Program-made: the position numbers and the translations under genes | Shown: piece after piece, positions 10,810 through 22,683 of the stretch | Numbering within the stretch: position 1 is the stretch's first letter | How the letters are laid out: every line of letters starts with the position of its first letter | Notes under the pieces: model-generated | Databases searched by the model: none | What the model was told of the DNA's origin: nothing | What the model saw: the letters and a program-made list of their open reading frames with translations, nothing else | Assembly (NCBI GenBank): GCA_044892525.1 | Contig: CM097885.1 | Coordinates: 3,412,001 to 3,476,000 of the forward strand | Length of the DNA: 64,000 bases | Direction of reading: 5' to 3' | Origin: Schmidtea polychroa | Lineage: Eukaryota

Positions 10810-13066
10810 TCATGAAAGTTTTGAAGCAGTCCTTTTCGTACGCGTTTTCACTGTCGTTGAAATATTTCTCGTTATGGAAGGAACAACAACCTCATCGATG
10901 TCAGTTTTTTGCCTTATTATACTTATAGTTGGCTCCTCGTCTGATTCTATTTCATATCTAGCGGCTTTAATTACATTTCCTGAGAAACCGTCGTCAATGA
11001 TATCTACAGTTGATTGGTCCTCAGTAATTATTTCTTCTGATGCAGGAAGCTGACTATCAACAATCGAAACATTCATTTTATTTGAAAGTTGATTGATTAA
11101 CTGAGTAATATATTTACTCATTTCAGCAGTACAAATTTTCCTGACTTTTAAATAAAGCCGAAATTTAAATTTATTATTTAAAAGGAAGTTCTTTTTGTCA
11201 CGTATGACCCAAAACATCAAACGTTTCGCACGTGTCAAATTAGTGTCAGTGCACTCGATCCCGGAATCAAAGTTGTTTATTTCTTTACTAATTTTGTCCA
11301 GCATTTGCAACTGATCATATCTCCTGGGGAAAGATTTTTCAACTAACTCTAAGAAGCAGTTGATTTCATTAATTGTTTGTGGAGAGATTATATTATGAAT
11401 TTTGTCAATTTCTCCTGACAATTTCCATTGTTTAAATCGAAGCAATCTCTCATGACAACTAGAGTTGAAATACGAAGAAGAAGGAATCAAATTTATCATT
11501 TCGACCCCCCAAATATCAACTTTGTCAAATTCTAGCGAAGAACAAGAATCCAAGTTACTAACAGAGTACATCAGTAGACAATTACGAATATAATTTTCGA
11601 CATATTCACCATATGTCCCGTTTCTTTTATATTTTAAACTATTTTTCAAATGTAAATAATTCAGATAGAATATTAAATCAATAAGTTTTGTAGGAGAGCT
11701 TGTTTGATTCAAAAGGGATTCAAATACACTGTCTTCTCTAGACATGTCAACAAAATTCAGAAGACCAATATTAAACCTTATATCAGGAACATATCCAGGT
11801 TGTATACTATCAGATTTATTAAATATCTCCTTATTTATAAATTTACCCCCCACAAATGAGATTTGTTCAGGAAATCTATTTTGTAATTTTAATTCTTTAA
11901 TTAAATTAATTAATTTTAAAGGATCTTTAGATATATTTTCTACAAACATTATTTCTTGAAGCTCTGGAAATGAATCATACAGATCACGGAGCTGGGAACG
12001 AGATAGTTCTGAACTACTTGTACATGTACTTTGGTCACAGTGATCATGGTCATTCAGAAGATCTAACATTAAAAAATCACCGTCACAATATTTTATCTGT
12101 GATTTTATAAGATAATCAGGGAGCTTATTCTGTTTTTTTAATAATTTTAATACATAGTTTATTTGCACCCCCCTCTGCTTTTCATTTTTAATTCCAGCAG
12201 TTTCAGCAAATTTACTTGATAAAGTAAACAAAAATTTCCTTATGGATATTGAAGCAGAAACAAACTTTGAATCATTTTTGAAAGTTTTAACAATATTTGA
12301 GCCAACAATAAAAACACCATTAGGAGGTCTATTAACAACCAGAGAAGAAGTCAAACTCTTATTTCCTATTTTAATCGAAACACAAACATTATTATTTCGA
12401 TAAAATAAATAATTAAAATTAACGATATTTAAGGGATTTTCAGATTTTTTAATAAGAGATAACTCTTTATTTATGTTATTATATTTATTTATTGATTCTT
12501 TTAATTTTATCAATTTAATAAATTGAGGGAAACATTTAAATAATTGTTGACGCTCCATTTTAGACAAAACCCTATTTAAGTTAAATTCATTATTATTACT
12601 AGAAATAGATTTGTAGTTTTTAACAGTCTTTTTGTAATTATTTGTCGGCTGTATAGGTTCTTTCAATTTATTTTTTAATTCATTAACTAAATTTAATTCA
12701 TTCTTATCTAAATTTTTTTTATAGGAAACTGTCCTATTATTGTCAGCAACAACTATAAGAATTTCAGACAAGTCATCAGAAAAAGAAGTACTTATTGGAG
12801 AACTCTTATCTAAGGTAGGCAAGACTGAAGAACACAATTGATTGTCAGAATTATTATTTGAAATAGAAGAAAAACATAATGGATTTAAGTTAGTGGCTTT
12901 CGAATTAACATAAAAATTATCCAAAGGTACATTTAACTTTGATGCATTATTAAAATCATTAATAGGTTTCAAATTAACATTAAAATTATCTTTATTTAAA
13001 AAATTAGAATTATTAATATCAACATTATTATGAGAAAATTATTAATAAAAAATTATTATTAACATT
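10810..13066 (-). CDS. N-terminal part of the LINE ORF (Asn/Lys-rich, no recognised domain), in frame with the RT ORF across one TGA
   Basis: 720 aa ORF, apparently open to the 5' junction; TCA TGA AGG CAT GTG keeps the frame. Confidence 0.75.
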
Positions 13067-13071
13067 ATTAA

Positions 13072-13115
<44 letters not shown>

Positions 13116-13304
13116 ACATTATTATTAATATTATTATTATTATTATTAATATTAATATATATACTTCTAGTCTATCCGACAAAATATTCTATCCCCCTAT
13201 GGGTACTGCTCACGCTCAACAACTCGCAAGGGTATTATTAAACAAAACATACATTTATTTAAACAATAAAATAATTTAACAAAGGTTATATTAATACAAA
13301 GTCA

Positions 13305-13436
<132 letters not shown>

Positions 13437-13778
13437 TTTATTATTATTATTATTATTTTCAAGGTCATATTATTATTTTTCAAAACATTATTATTTTCAA
13501 GGTCATATTATTATTTTTCAAATATTATTATTCTCAAGGTCATATTATTATTTTCAAGGTCATTTATTTTTCAAGGTCATTTATTTTTTCAAGGTCATTT
13601 TTTTTTTCAATGTCATTTATTTTTTCAAGGTCATATTTTAAAATATACAGAGTTCCCGACGAGAATTATTCAACGATAGCTCATTTTAAAGACCAATCCA
13701 AGACCTTTCGAATGAGCCATATATTATTAACATTATTATTATTATTATTATTATTATTCTTATTATTATTATTATTAA

Positions 13779-13813
<35 letters not shown>

Positions 13814-14588
13814 TTATTATTATTAATCTATATACTCCGAGTTTATCCGACAGGATGTTTTGACCCCCTAAGGGTATTGCTAGCAAGGGTACTGCTCACA
13901 CTCAACAAGTCACATGGGTACTGGTCACACTCAACAAGTCACAGGGTACTGTTCACAAAGTTACTGGTAAAAATATTCAAGACAAAACTTTAACAAAGTA
14001 ATTATTCTTTAAATATACACTAAAATTTATTAACGCATTCACATTCATCATCTCCACAGTTCATGACATTTTCAACAACATGATCTATACAATCCCTATA
14101 TACACACGGTTCAGTATCCGTAAATTCCTCCATAGGTTCATCAATTTCTTGAATGCTTTCCTCATCATCTTGAGTGTTTTCTTCATCTGTTTCATCAAAT
14201 CCCGAATCTTCACTCTCTGCTACCCAGTCTATATTTAATGCGTTTGTAACAGATAATATATCCTCCATTTTTACACCAGATATTTCTGCTAATTTTTCCA
14301 ATAAAAAGTTTATTATAAATTCTAAATAATAAATAATTTGGAAATTAATTAATCATGTTAACCTTTTTCTGTAGTCATTAATAACACTTTAAAACTATAT
14401 TATAAGTTTGTTTATAGATTTTCTTTGTTAAATTTGCATGTCATTTGCATTAATGTTGCAATTAATAAAGAGAAAAAACAAATATGACTAATACATTTAT
14501 TAAATATAACATTAAAATAGTTGTGAAAGTCTAGCAGACATAATTTTCCAAATTGGAGAATACACATCATTATTATCAACTTTATATC

Positions 14589-15581
14589 AGTAGTGTGTAT
14601 ATATACCCAACCAACACAACCCTCCCAACAAAAACATACCTCTATTACGCTTAAACCATTAGAAAAACAACCTAAAACCTATGCTTTTATAGTATTTTAA
14701 CCCCATATTTTAAACAACAACCACCCTTAATCTTTAAAGCCTCAAACTCAAAAGCTTCAAACTAAAAAGAGAATAGAAAAGAAAATGGCATTATGAAAAA
14801 GTTAGAGGGCTATTTGGGATAGGGCTATATACACACTACTTTTGATCGCAATCAAACTCCGGAGTTGATCTTTATCAGATTATTGATTTTAAATTATATA
14901 AATTAAAAAATAAATGAAAAATAGTAAAACTGCTCTGAGGGGACAGTGGTATTTTTTTTTTTTTTTCACTGTCCCCTCAACAGTTTTTTTGATCCGGATC
15001 ATTTCAACCTCTTTCGTTTATCAAATCTCTTCTAATATACAAGCTGGCCAGACTCATACATCAGAATCAATCCGATAATAGCAGCACACCTTATTATTCG
15101 CTTCTCGCTCACGAAGTCGATTTCATCAGTGTTTTAAGCGTGCTGCTCGAAAGTACAAATGAATTCGAAAGTGAATTCGAAAGAGGTCCGAAAACAACTG
15201 AGAAATAAATGTGCACATTATGGAATCGATCCGGGGGTGTTCGAAAGACAGGTGGCGATAATTACCGGTTCGCCACCATCACCCGTTTCAATAATTTTTT
15301 TTTCATATTTATGTTTAAAAATAAAATAATTAATAAAATAAAATAAATAAAATAAATAAAATAAATAAAATAAATAAAATAAAATAAAAATAAATAAAAT
15401 ATACAACTACTTTATAAATCTAAGATACCCACACCATTTTCAATATTATTTTCAAATTTTTAATATTATTTTATGTTGAAAAAAAAACTAACCACAGTTA
15501 GGATTTGAACCACCATCCATTTGAACCACTGTGCCAGTCTAGCCCACTGCGCTATCTAGGTTTGGATTTTTGTTATTTTTT
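14589..15581 (+). repeat. Left TIR of Polinton A
   Basis: Inverted match to 28664-29669. Confidence 0.95.
15488..15561 (-). ncRNA. tRNA-like Pol III cassette 1 (in TIR; copies at 28684-28757 + and ~5071-5144 -)
   Basis: A box TAGCGCAGTGG at +8, B box GGTTCAAATCC, long T run terminator. Confidence 0.6.
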
Positions 15582-15807
15582 GACTATAAATAATCGATTC
15601 AAGTTCTTTAACTCTTTCCTGTAATTGTTTCATTTTCTTCAATCTTATATCAGCAACATCTACAGCCTTCATATAAAAATGTCGATACTTTTCATTATCT
15701 ACCATCAACTCTTTGATGTATTCTAATGGTTCTTCTTCTCTTCTTTTCATTCTCTTATGTTTAACTTCATTCAATTCATTTCTCATTCTTTCTTTTAACT
15801 CATCCAT
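15556..15807 (-). CDS. Small coiled-coil protein of Polinton A (duplicate 5139-5390)
   Basis: 83 aa ATG ORF, charged helical sequence, AAAA-ATG context like other genes of the element. Confidence 0.55.
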   Translation of the reverse strand: MDELKERMRNELNEVKHKRMKRREEEPLEYIKELMVDNEKYRHFYMKAVDVADIRLKKMKQLQERVKELESIIYSQKITKIQT

Positions 15808-15978
15808 TTTTATAAATATTTTTTTTATTGGATATATTAATTTTTGGTAGCTTAAGTTAAAACGTTTTTGATCTTAAATTTCCAAGAGTTGCCGTTGACC
15901 AATCACCTTAAAAATTTGTACAAGTACTAAATCGAGTATGCTGATCAATATTTCGTTAAAAAAAAATTTGAAAAAAAA

Positions 15979-16051
15979 TGACCGAAATGGAATTTGAACC
16001 CATTGGTATTGGCAATGCAGTCGAGTGCTATTACCACTAAGCTATTAGAGC
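15979..16051 (-). ncRNA. tRNA-like Pol III cassette 2 (resembles tRNA-Cys GCA); LINE target
   Basis: GCTCTAA TAGCTTAGTGGTAATAGC ACTCGACTGCA...ATGGGTTCAAATTCCAT...T8. D and T stems pair; acceptor and anticodon stems do not. Confidence 0.65.
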
Positions 16052-16221
16052 TATACTCAATATAAAATAAGTTGTTAATGTGTGACAATTTATTGATGAA
16101 ATTAATAATTAATTATTCATTTTCTCGACAACTACCACTCAGATCGATCTGAAAATTTAAATATATACTTAAATCAGTACGCTGAATCAGATTCCGTTGA
16201 AAAAAAAATATCGAAAAAAAT

Positions 16222-16295
16222 TGACCAAAATCGAAAATTGAACCCGGTACTCCCGGTGATAAAATTGAAGCCTATTCCCACTCCGCTATAATGGC
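16222..16295 (-). ncRNA. tRNA-like Pol III cassette 3
   Basis: A box TAGCGGAGTGG at +8, B-box-like GGGTTCAATT, T7. 3' flank is homologous to that of cassette 2. Confidence 0.55.
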
Positions 16296-16352
16296 TTAAT
16301 CCTAATGCCTTAATTAATTCTATTGTGTGTGTGTAAATTTTAATATATAAAA

Positions 16353-17660
16353 ATGAATAATATAAATCTTAAAATTCAAGAAAAAAATAAATTAAATCTT
16401 GATTATAATAAAGAATTTACTCATGAAATCAAAAGAAATGATGTACTTAAAATCTCCCCAACTTCAGGATCTATTGCAAACTTAAATCGTAGAGGTGATA
16501 TAGTTTTTCAATCTCTTCAAACATCAAACCTTATAGATATTTGTAATGCCAAATTATATTATAAAATCGAATTAGAAATTGAAGCAAACAAAGATATAAC
16601 CCTAGAAAATAATTTCTTTCCAAATTTATTCTCCAACATGAGATTAAAACTAGGATCATCAGAAATTGAAACTGTTTTACATCCGGGGGTATATTCTACA
16701 ATGTTAAATTTTATTTTGACTGGTTGTGATTATAAAAATGAATATGGTGAATTAACAGGTTGAATTCCTGATGTTAATAAAGGAGATTTAGATAAAGCTG
16801 GTTTAGATATAAATTATGGTTACTATAAAAGAGCTGAACTTTATAAATCTAAAAAATTTGAAGGTTATTTTGAATTAAAACACTTATTTGAATTCATTCA
16901 AAACTATAACCGTATACTTCATAATGTTTTTATAGAATTTGTTTGTAATAGAGTAGAAGGTGATAAAAGATTGTTCTATGGAGCTGCAGATACAACAGCT
17001 AAATTAAAAATATCAACACTTGAATTGCATATACCTGAATGGACATTAAATCCACATTCCGAAATCAAACTCCTTGAAAGATTAAATTCCAACAAGTCTA
17101 TAAATGTAAATTATTTAAATAGAATCTGTAGTGAATTTAGTATGACAGAGGGTTCAAAATATTCTATAAAGGTAGCAAATTTAGCATACCGACCGAGATA
17201 TATCTTGATTGGATTCAAAGAAGTAGATTCATCTTTCCAAAAAAATAACAACTTGTTTATTCAAAAGATTGGAGTTGATAATTTAAAAACAATCCAAATT
17301 CAATTAAATAGTTCTTATTATCCAATAAATAGAATGGAATTTAATATTGAAAATAATGAAAACATATTCCCATATCTAAATTATATTGAAACATGTTATG
17401 ATTTCAAAGTTGAACCGCAATTAAGTTTAGAAGATTTCAAAAATTTATATTCTATATTTTGTATAAATGTTTCAGACCAAGATGATCGCCTAGCCATAAA
17501 TAATGTTGATGTTACACTTCATATAACAAAGGATTCTAATTTTAAAGCTAAAGTATATACATTAATATTAGAAGAAAAGAAAATAGAAATGAAATTATAT
17601 GGTGGAAGATTTCAATATTCGAAAATGTTAGAAGAGATTCTTAATATTTTAACATTTTAA
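16353..17660 (+). pseudogene. Major capsid protein (hexon-like double jelly roll), one in-frame TGA at 16761
   Basis: The two ORFs are in one frame, ~435 codons. NLN..G.I.F, NNFFP.LF, PRYILIGF and YP...F motifs are typical of Polinton MCP. Confidence 0.8.
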
Positions 17661-17661
17661 A

Positions 17662-19040
17662 ATGTCTCTCTATTGGAGATGTGAAAGTTGTAATTGTCAA
17701 GTTACAAGACATCATAAAGCAAGTCATCTAAAAACTAAAAAACATATAGGAGGCGACATGATTCCACGAGCCGGAGGCGACCTACAATCTTCAAAACCAA
17801 CATCTTCAATATTAAAACCTTTTACTACAGAAAAATATCCAGGTGAAAGACATTTATTTAAACACAACTATACCGGACCAGGAACAAGATTAGATATTAG
17901 ATTAGATGAAAATAATAATCCTAAACAAGGAGAAGAACCAATAAATAGAATTGATCAAGCAGCTTTAAAACATGATATTGCTTACAATTCAACAAATCTT
18001 AGAGATAGAAATGTTGCAGATGTGAATTTAATACATGATTTAAATAATATACAAAATCCATCAACTCAAGAAAAGATTCAAAGAGCTCTAGTTAAATTAG
18101 CAATGAAAGGTAAGATTTTCATAGGTGCTAGTTTACCAAGGATGGCAAAAGATGTTGCTAATAAAAAGATTATTGAACAAGCAGATGCTGAAAGATCCCT
18201 CGAGAATATATCCAAGACTAGTTTATTAACCCCAACAGAATCACAAATAAAATATGCCAACGAATTACACCATGAATTTAGAAAAAATAAAAAATATTTA
18301 AAAGTTCAAGTACATGAAAAAGGTCAAACATGGTCTGCAGATTTAGTCTTTATGCCAACCAAATCATCAGACCCTGAAAAATAAAAAATAATTTTAACTG
18401 TAATAGATTTATATACAAGATTTGCCTTTGCAAGGTGTTTAGAAAATAAAACAGGATATTCCATTACAGAAGCATTTGAAAATATATTTGAAGAACATCA
18501 AAGAATTCCAAAATATTTATGGAGTGATAAAGGAACAGAATTTTATAACAAAGTTTTTACAAAGTTTTTAAATGAAAATGACATTAAATTATATTCAACA
18601 GAAAACGAAGGAAAAGCAGTCGTAGTTGAAAGATTAAATAGAACATTAAAAAATAAATGTGAAAATATTTTACGGCTATTGGAAAACAAAAATGGAACAA
18701 TGAATTGTTACAAAAGATTGTAAATGAATATAATAATGATGTACATAGTTCTATAAAATCAACACCTTTAAATGCTTCCATAAATCCTGAAACCATTAAA
18801 GTGGTAAATATTGAAAATGATGTTATTGAAAAACCAAAGTTTAAAATTGGTGACCGAGTAAGAATATTTAAATATTAAAATAAATTTGAAAAAGGATTCA
18901 CAGCAAAATGGACAAATGAAATTTTTATTATAAATAAAATAAATTATACAACTCCAATAACATATAGCATCATTGATTTAAATAATGAAAAAATATTAGG
19001 TAGATTTTATAATAATGAGTTACAGAAAACAGATTTCTAA
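17662..19040 (+). pseudogene. Zn finger + parvovirus-type PLA2 + retroviral-like integrase; stops at 18382 and ~18876, frameshift ~18670
   Basis: HNYTGPGT..ID.AA..HDIAY; ELH, WSADL, ILTVIDLYTRF, SDKGTEFYN, VERLNRTLK, FKIGDRVRI, WT.EIF. Confidence 0.9.
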
Positions 19041-19845
19041 AATAAACTTTTCCATATTTCAGCTTCTTCTCTATCCAAATAAATATAATTATATTTTTCT
19101 CTCCAATGATTATCAACAAACATATCAAACATATTCTTATCGGGTTCAACATTTGAAAATAAATCATTATAAATCATATTCTTATCACGTCTATCTAATT
19201 TAAAAAATATATAAAACAATTTGAATTATTTCTTATAGAGTTTTTATCTAAAGCATAATAAGTTTGAGATATATAAATAACATTACAATTATTATGTCTT
19301 CCTCTTGTAAAGTAACTCTTTTGAATCTCTTGATTTTTCATGTTGACAGCATCATCAAATATAACTAGATTCTTTTTATCTTTAGGAAGTAAATCACAAT
19401 GTAAAACATCTTCAGGTTTATTAGAGAATAAAACTTGAATTGCCTCCTGCCCTTCTTCACAAATATAATCATTTTTATTATTAATATCTGATTCTAAAAT
19501 CTTTTCCTTATACCAATCAACCATATCACAAGGATGAAAAACTTCTTCAGGACATCTATGTTGATTTTTAAAAATATCAATTATAGCTTTTTTAGTTAAT
19601 TTATTTTCAAATCCACATTTCAAAAGTTGTAATTCTGGTTGATTTATGGTTGTAGAATAAAAGATTAAATTATTATAATCTAAAAAACCATCTTCAAGTA
19701 ACATTTTCAAAACAAGTACATTCTTTCCACATCCAGAAGATCCAACAATTAATAATCTAAAATTATCAGGAAATAATTTATTATTAAATTTAGATTTATG
19801 TCTATTTAAAATTAGTTTCCAAATTATTGGACTTCGTACATCCAT
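19037..19845 (-). pseudogene. A32/FtsK-like packaging ATPase, frameshift near 19200
   Basis: GSSGCGK Walker A, LVIFDD Walker B, RGRHNN..IYISQ, IRNN. Confidence 0.9.
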
Positions 19846-19860
19846 TTTATTTATTATAAA

Positions 19861-20472
19861 ATGACCTCGAAGAGTTCCTCTACTGAAGAATCTTTGCAAG
19901 AATTAATAAATTCAAATAAAAATAAATCAGTAGTAATTGATGGTAAAAAATATTTTATTGGAAAACATGTAAAAGAACAAGTTATAGCGAAGCTGAAGGG
20001 CTCTTCGACTAAAGAAGGCGGCATTCTTCCATTAGCTGCTTTAATACCTGCAATCATTGCTGGTTTATCAGGTGCTGCTGGAATAGCTGGAGGAATTGCA
20101 ACTACAGTTCAAAAAGCTAAAGAATCTCAAAAGACAGACCTAGAAAAAGAAAAATTACAAACTGAAATCGAGAAAATGAAGAAGGTAGGGCAAGCTAAGG
20201 GAAAAAGCCTCTATCTTAATCCATATGAGGGGACTCTGTCTGAAGGTCAAAAGTCTCAGGGGACTCTGTCCAAGGGAAAGGGTCTCTATCTTGATCCTTA
20301 TAAAGGTAGAGGTTTAAATGATTTTTTTAAAAATCAAATTTCTACATCTGAATCTTTATCTTCAAAAGATAAAGATGATTTTAAAAAAATATGTAAATCT
20401 TTAAAGAATGGATGCCTTTGTAAAACTAAAAATGGTAAAGGTTTATACTTGAAGCCCTTCGAACCCCATTGA
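19861..20472 (+). CDS. Virion core protein with adenovirus pX-like GG|ILP hydrophobic segment
   Basis: KEGGILPLAALIPAIIAGL; repeated G-K-G-LYL putative protease sites. Confidence 0.7.
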   Translation: MTSKSSSTEESLQELINSNKNKSVVIDGKKYFIGKHVKEQVIAKLKGSSTKEGGILPLAALIPAIIAGLSGAAGIAGGIATTVQKAKESQKTDLEKEKLQTEIEKMKKVGQAKGKSLYLNPYEGTLSEGQKSQGTLSKGKGLYLDPYKGRGLNDFFKNQISTSESLSSKDKDDFKKICKSLKNGCLCKTKNGKGLYLKPFEPH

Positions 20473-20494
20473 TACCATTTTTAATACCATAAAA

Positions 20495-21436
20495 ATGGTA
20501 TATGAAGAAAGATTAGCACTTTTAAAAAAATTACAATCTGAACAAGATAAATATAATAAAAAAGATACAACTCAACATGCTGAATCTATAATATTAAATG
20601 AGGTAATAACACAACAACAGGGGCCAACAATTAAAACTATAGAGGGACTTAAAACTATAGAAGCTCCTCTAACCCCTGAACTTAAAGCTATAGAACCTTC
20701 TAAAAAGGAATTATCAAGATTAATGGGTTTAAGAAAACGTAGAAATACTATTGATTTAGAAGAAGATGAATTTCTTTCAAGATTAACACCTCATAAGACT
20801 CCAATTAATTTTAAAATTAATACATCACTAGCTCCATCAATTATACCTACTATAGGTTATGATCCTAGAGGTTTTCAAACAATAACAATTAATAATCAAA
20901 AATTTTATATATATTTAAATTCAAAAAATAATCCAGCGATTATTTCAACAAATACTTTTATGAATAGAGAGCGTGTAGACATTGAACTTTCAGATGGTTT
21001 TCATGGATTAATTTCTGGATATCTTCCAGATGATGTTAAGAAAGAAGAAATTGATAAATATTTAAACTTAATAAAATTAATACATGGTAGTTCTAAAGCA
21101 AAACATATTCAAGATTTAAAGAATTATTTAAATAAAAATGAAAGGGGTTATGTTGTTACAGAGGGTAAGGGGATGCATGTGGCTACAGTTCAAAAAGCTA
21201 AAGAATCTCAAAAGACAGACCTAGAAAAAGAAAAATTACAAACTGAAATCGAGAAAATGAAGAAGGGGATGCATGTGGCTGCAAACCCAATCAATCTTTT
21301 TATTGAATTAAGAAAACTATTAGCAGCTAAAAAAGCAGGACATAATAATTTAGATTCTGATATTTTAAAGATTTCTAAAGATTTGTTAAAACAAGGAATA
21401 ATTTCAAAAGATAAATTTAATAAGTATATAAAATGA
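20495..21436 (+). CDS. Polinton conserved hypothetical (core/PZ-like) protein
   Basis: 313 aa; C-terminal L..L.AAKKAGHNN...I...L...GII motif common in Polintons. Confidence 0.7.
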   Translation: MVYEERLALLKKLQSEQDKYNKKDTTQHAESIILNEVITQQQGPTIKTIEGLKTIEAPLTPELKAIEPSKKELSRLMGLRKRRNTIDLEEDEFLSRLTPHKTPINFKINTSLAPSIIPTIGYDPRGFQTITINNQKFYIYLNSKNNPAIISTNTFMNRERVDIELSDGFHGLISGYLPDDVKKEEIDKYLNLIKLIHGSSKAKHIQDLKNYLNKNERGYVVTEGKGMHVATVQKAKESQKTDLEKEKLQTEIEKMKKGMHVAANPINLFIELRKLLAAKKAGHNNLDSDILKISKDLLKQGIISKDKFNKYIK

Positions 21437-21918
21437 CTCCTTCAATATTAGATTTTTTAAAAACATTTGGAATAAATGCAAAAACAAATTTTGATTTAAA
21501 AGATTATGCAGATTATTTAAATTTAAAAATAAAAATATTAATGAATAATGAATTGAAAGGTCCGAAGGTCAAAGGTCAAAGGGTCACTCCAAAGAATATA
21601 ATAATCAATTATCAAAATTCAAATGAAAAAGGATCTCATTGGGTTTGTATATATATGGACGAAGTCCCAATCTACTTTGATTCTTTTGGGATTAAACCCA
21701 CTAAAGAAGTTGAAGACTATCTGTCCGGAGTAAGCTCAAAGAGAGACTATACTTTTAATTCTTTACAAGTTCAACCTAATAATACTAAAATATGTGGTAT
21801 TTTAAGCTTATATGTTCTGTATAGATTGAATAAATCTCAAGGGACTCTGTCCAAAGGGGACTACTGTTTCACTTCCTTAATCCAAGAAATTTATAATGAT
21901 TTAAAATCTCTACTATAA
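21433..21918 (+). CDS. Adenain-like cysteine protease
   Basis: GSHWV, YFDSFG, Q..N..ICG. Confidence 0.92.
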   Translation: MTPSILDFLKTFGINAKTNFDLKDYADYLNLKIKILMNNELKGPKVKGQRVTPKNIIINYQNSNEKGSHWVCIYMDEVPIYFDSFGIKPTKEVEDYLSGVSSKRDYTFNSLQVQPNNTKICGILSLYVLYRLNKSQGTLSKGDYCFTSLIQEIYNDLKSLL

Positions 21919-21921
21919 GAA

Positions 21922-22659
21922 ATGGAAGATAATTTAAAAAAAATGGTAAACATAATGTCAGATAAATATTCAAGAACTTTATCTAGAAATTCAAAAGAAT
22001 CAGACTTTACTATAAATTTTGAAGATTCAATAAAATTAGATCAAAATTTAAATTATGAATTAGGTCTATTATGGTTTTGTGCTTATAATACTATTTTTAA
22101 TGTAACTAAAGATATTAACACATTTAGTTAGGTAAGCCCCCCAAAAACGGAGTATAACATAATAATAATAGAACCCGGGGCTTATGAGATAAAAGATTTA
22201 AATAATATACTTTCTAAAAAAACAAATGGAGCTATTGAAATTAAAATAGATTTACCAACTTCAAAATGTATAATGACTTTAAAGAATATAGGACTTAGGT
22301 TTCAAAATAATAGTTTCTTTAGAACAATTTTAGGATTTACACAAAACCATTATACCACACCTGAAGTTACATCAGAAAATATTATAAAAATAATAAATAC
22401 AAATACAATAAATATTCATTGCGATTGTATAACAGGTTCTTATAATAATGGTAAACAAAGTAATATTTTATATTCCTTTCCCTCAAACACAGTTCCTATG
22501 GGATATAAAATAGTTGAAAGAATGAATCCTCCAAATTATTTACCTTTATGTAGAAAATATATAATGGATATTAATTTTAAAATTCTTAATCAAGAAGGAG
22601 AATTGATTGATTTTAATGGAGAAGAGATTTCAATGTATTTACATTTGAAACAGGTTTGA
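21922..22659 (+). pseudogene. Minor capsid protein (penton), one in-frame TAG at 22129
   Basis: SDFTI.F...I.L, PGAYEI..LN, LGF, IHCD.I.GSY.NG, IDFNGE motifs. Confidence 0.85.
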
Positions 22660-22683
22660 AGATTCATTTTAAATTATTAATAA

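Larger units (their letters stand above)
5622..13066 (-). mobile_element. RLE-type non-LTR retrotransposon (NeSL/Utopia/R2 group), 5'-truncated
   Basis: Ulp1 protease + RT + CCHC + RLE ORF. ~580 bp 3' UTR ending AATAAAATTTTG. 5' junction in an (AAT)n tract. Confidence 0.9.

Noticed and set aside
15979..16051. Functional tRNA-Cys gene
   Set aside because: Acceptor and anticodon stems do not pair.
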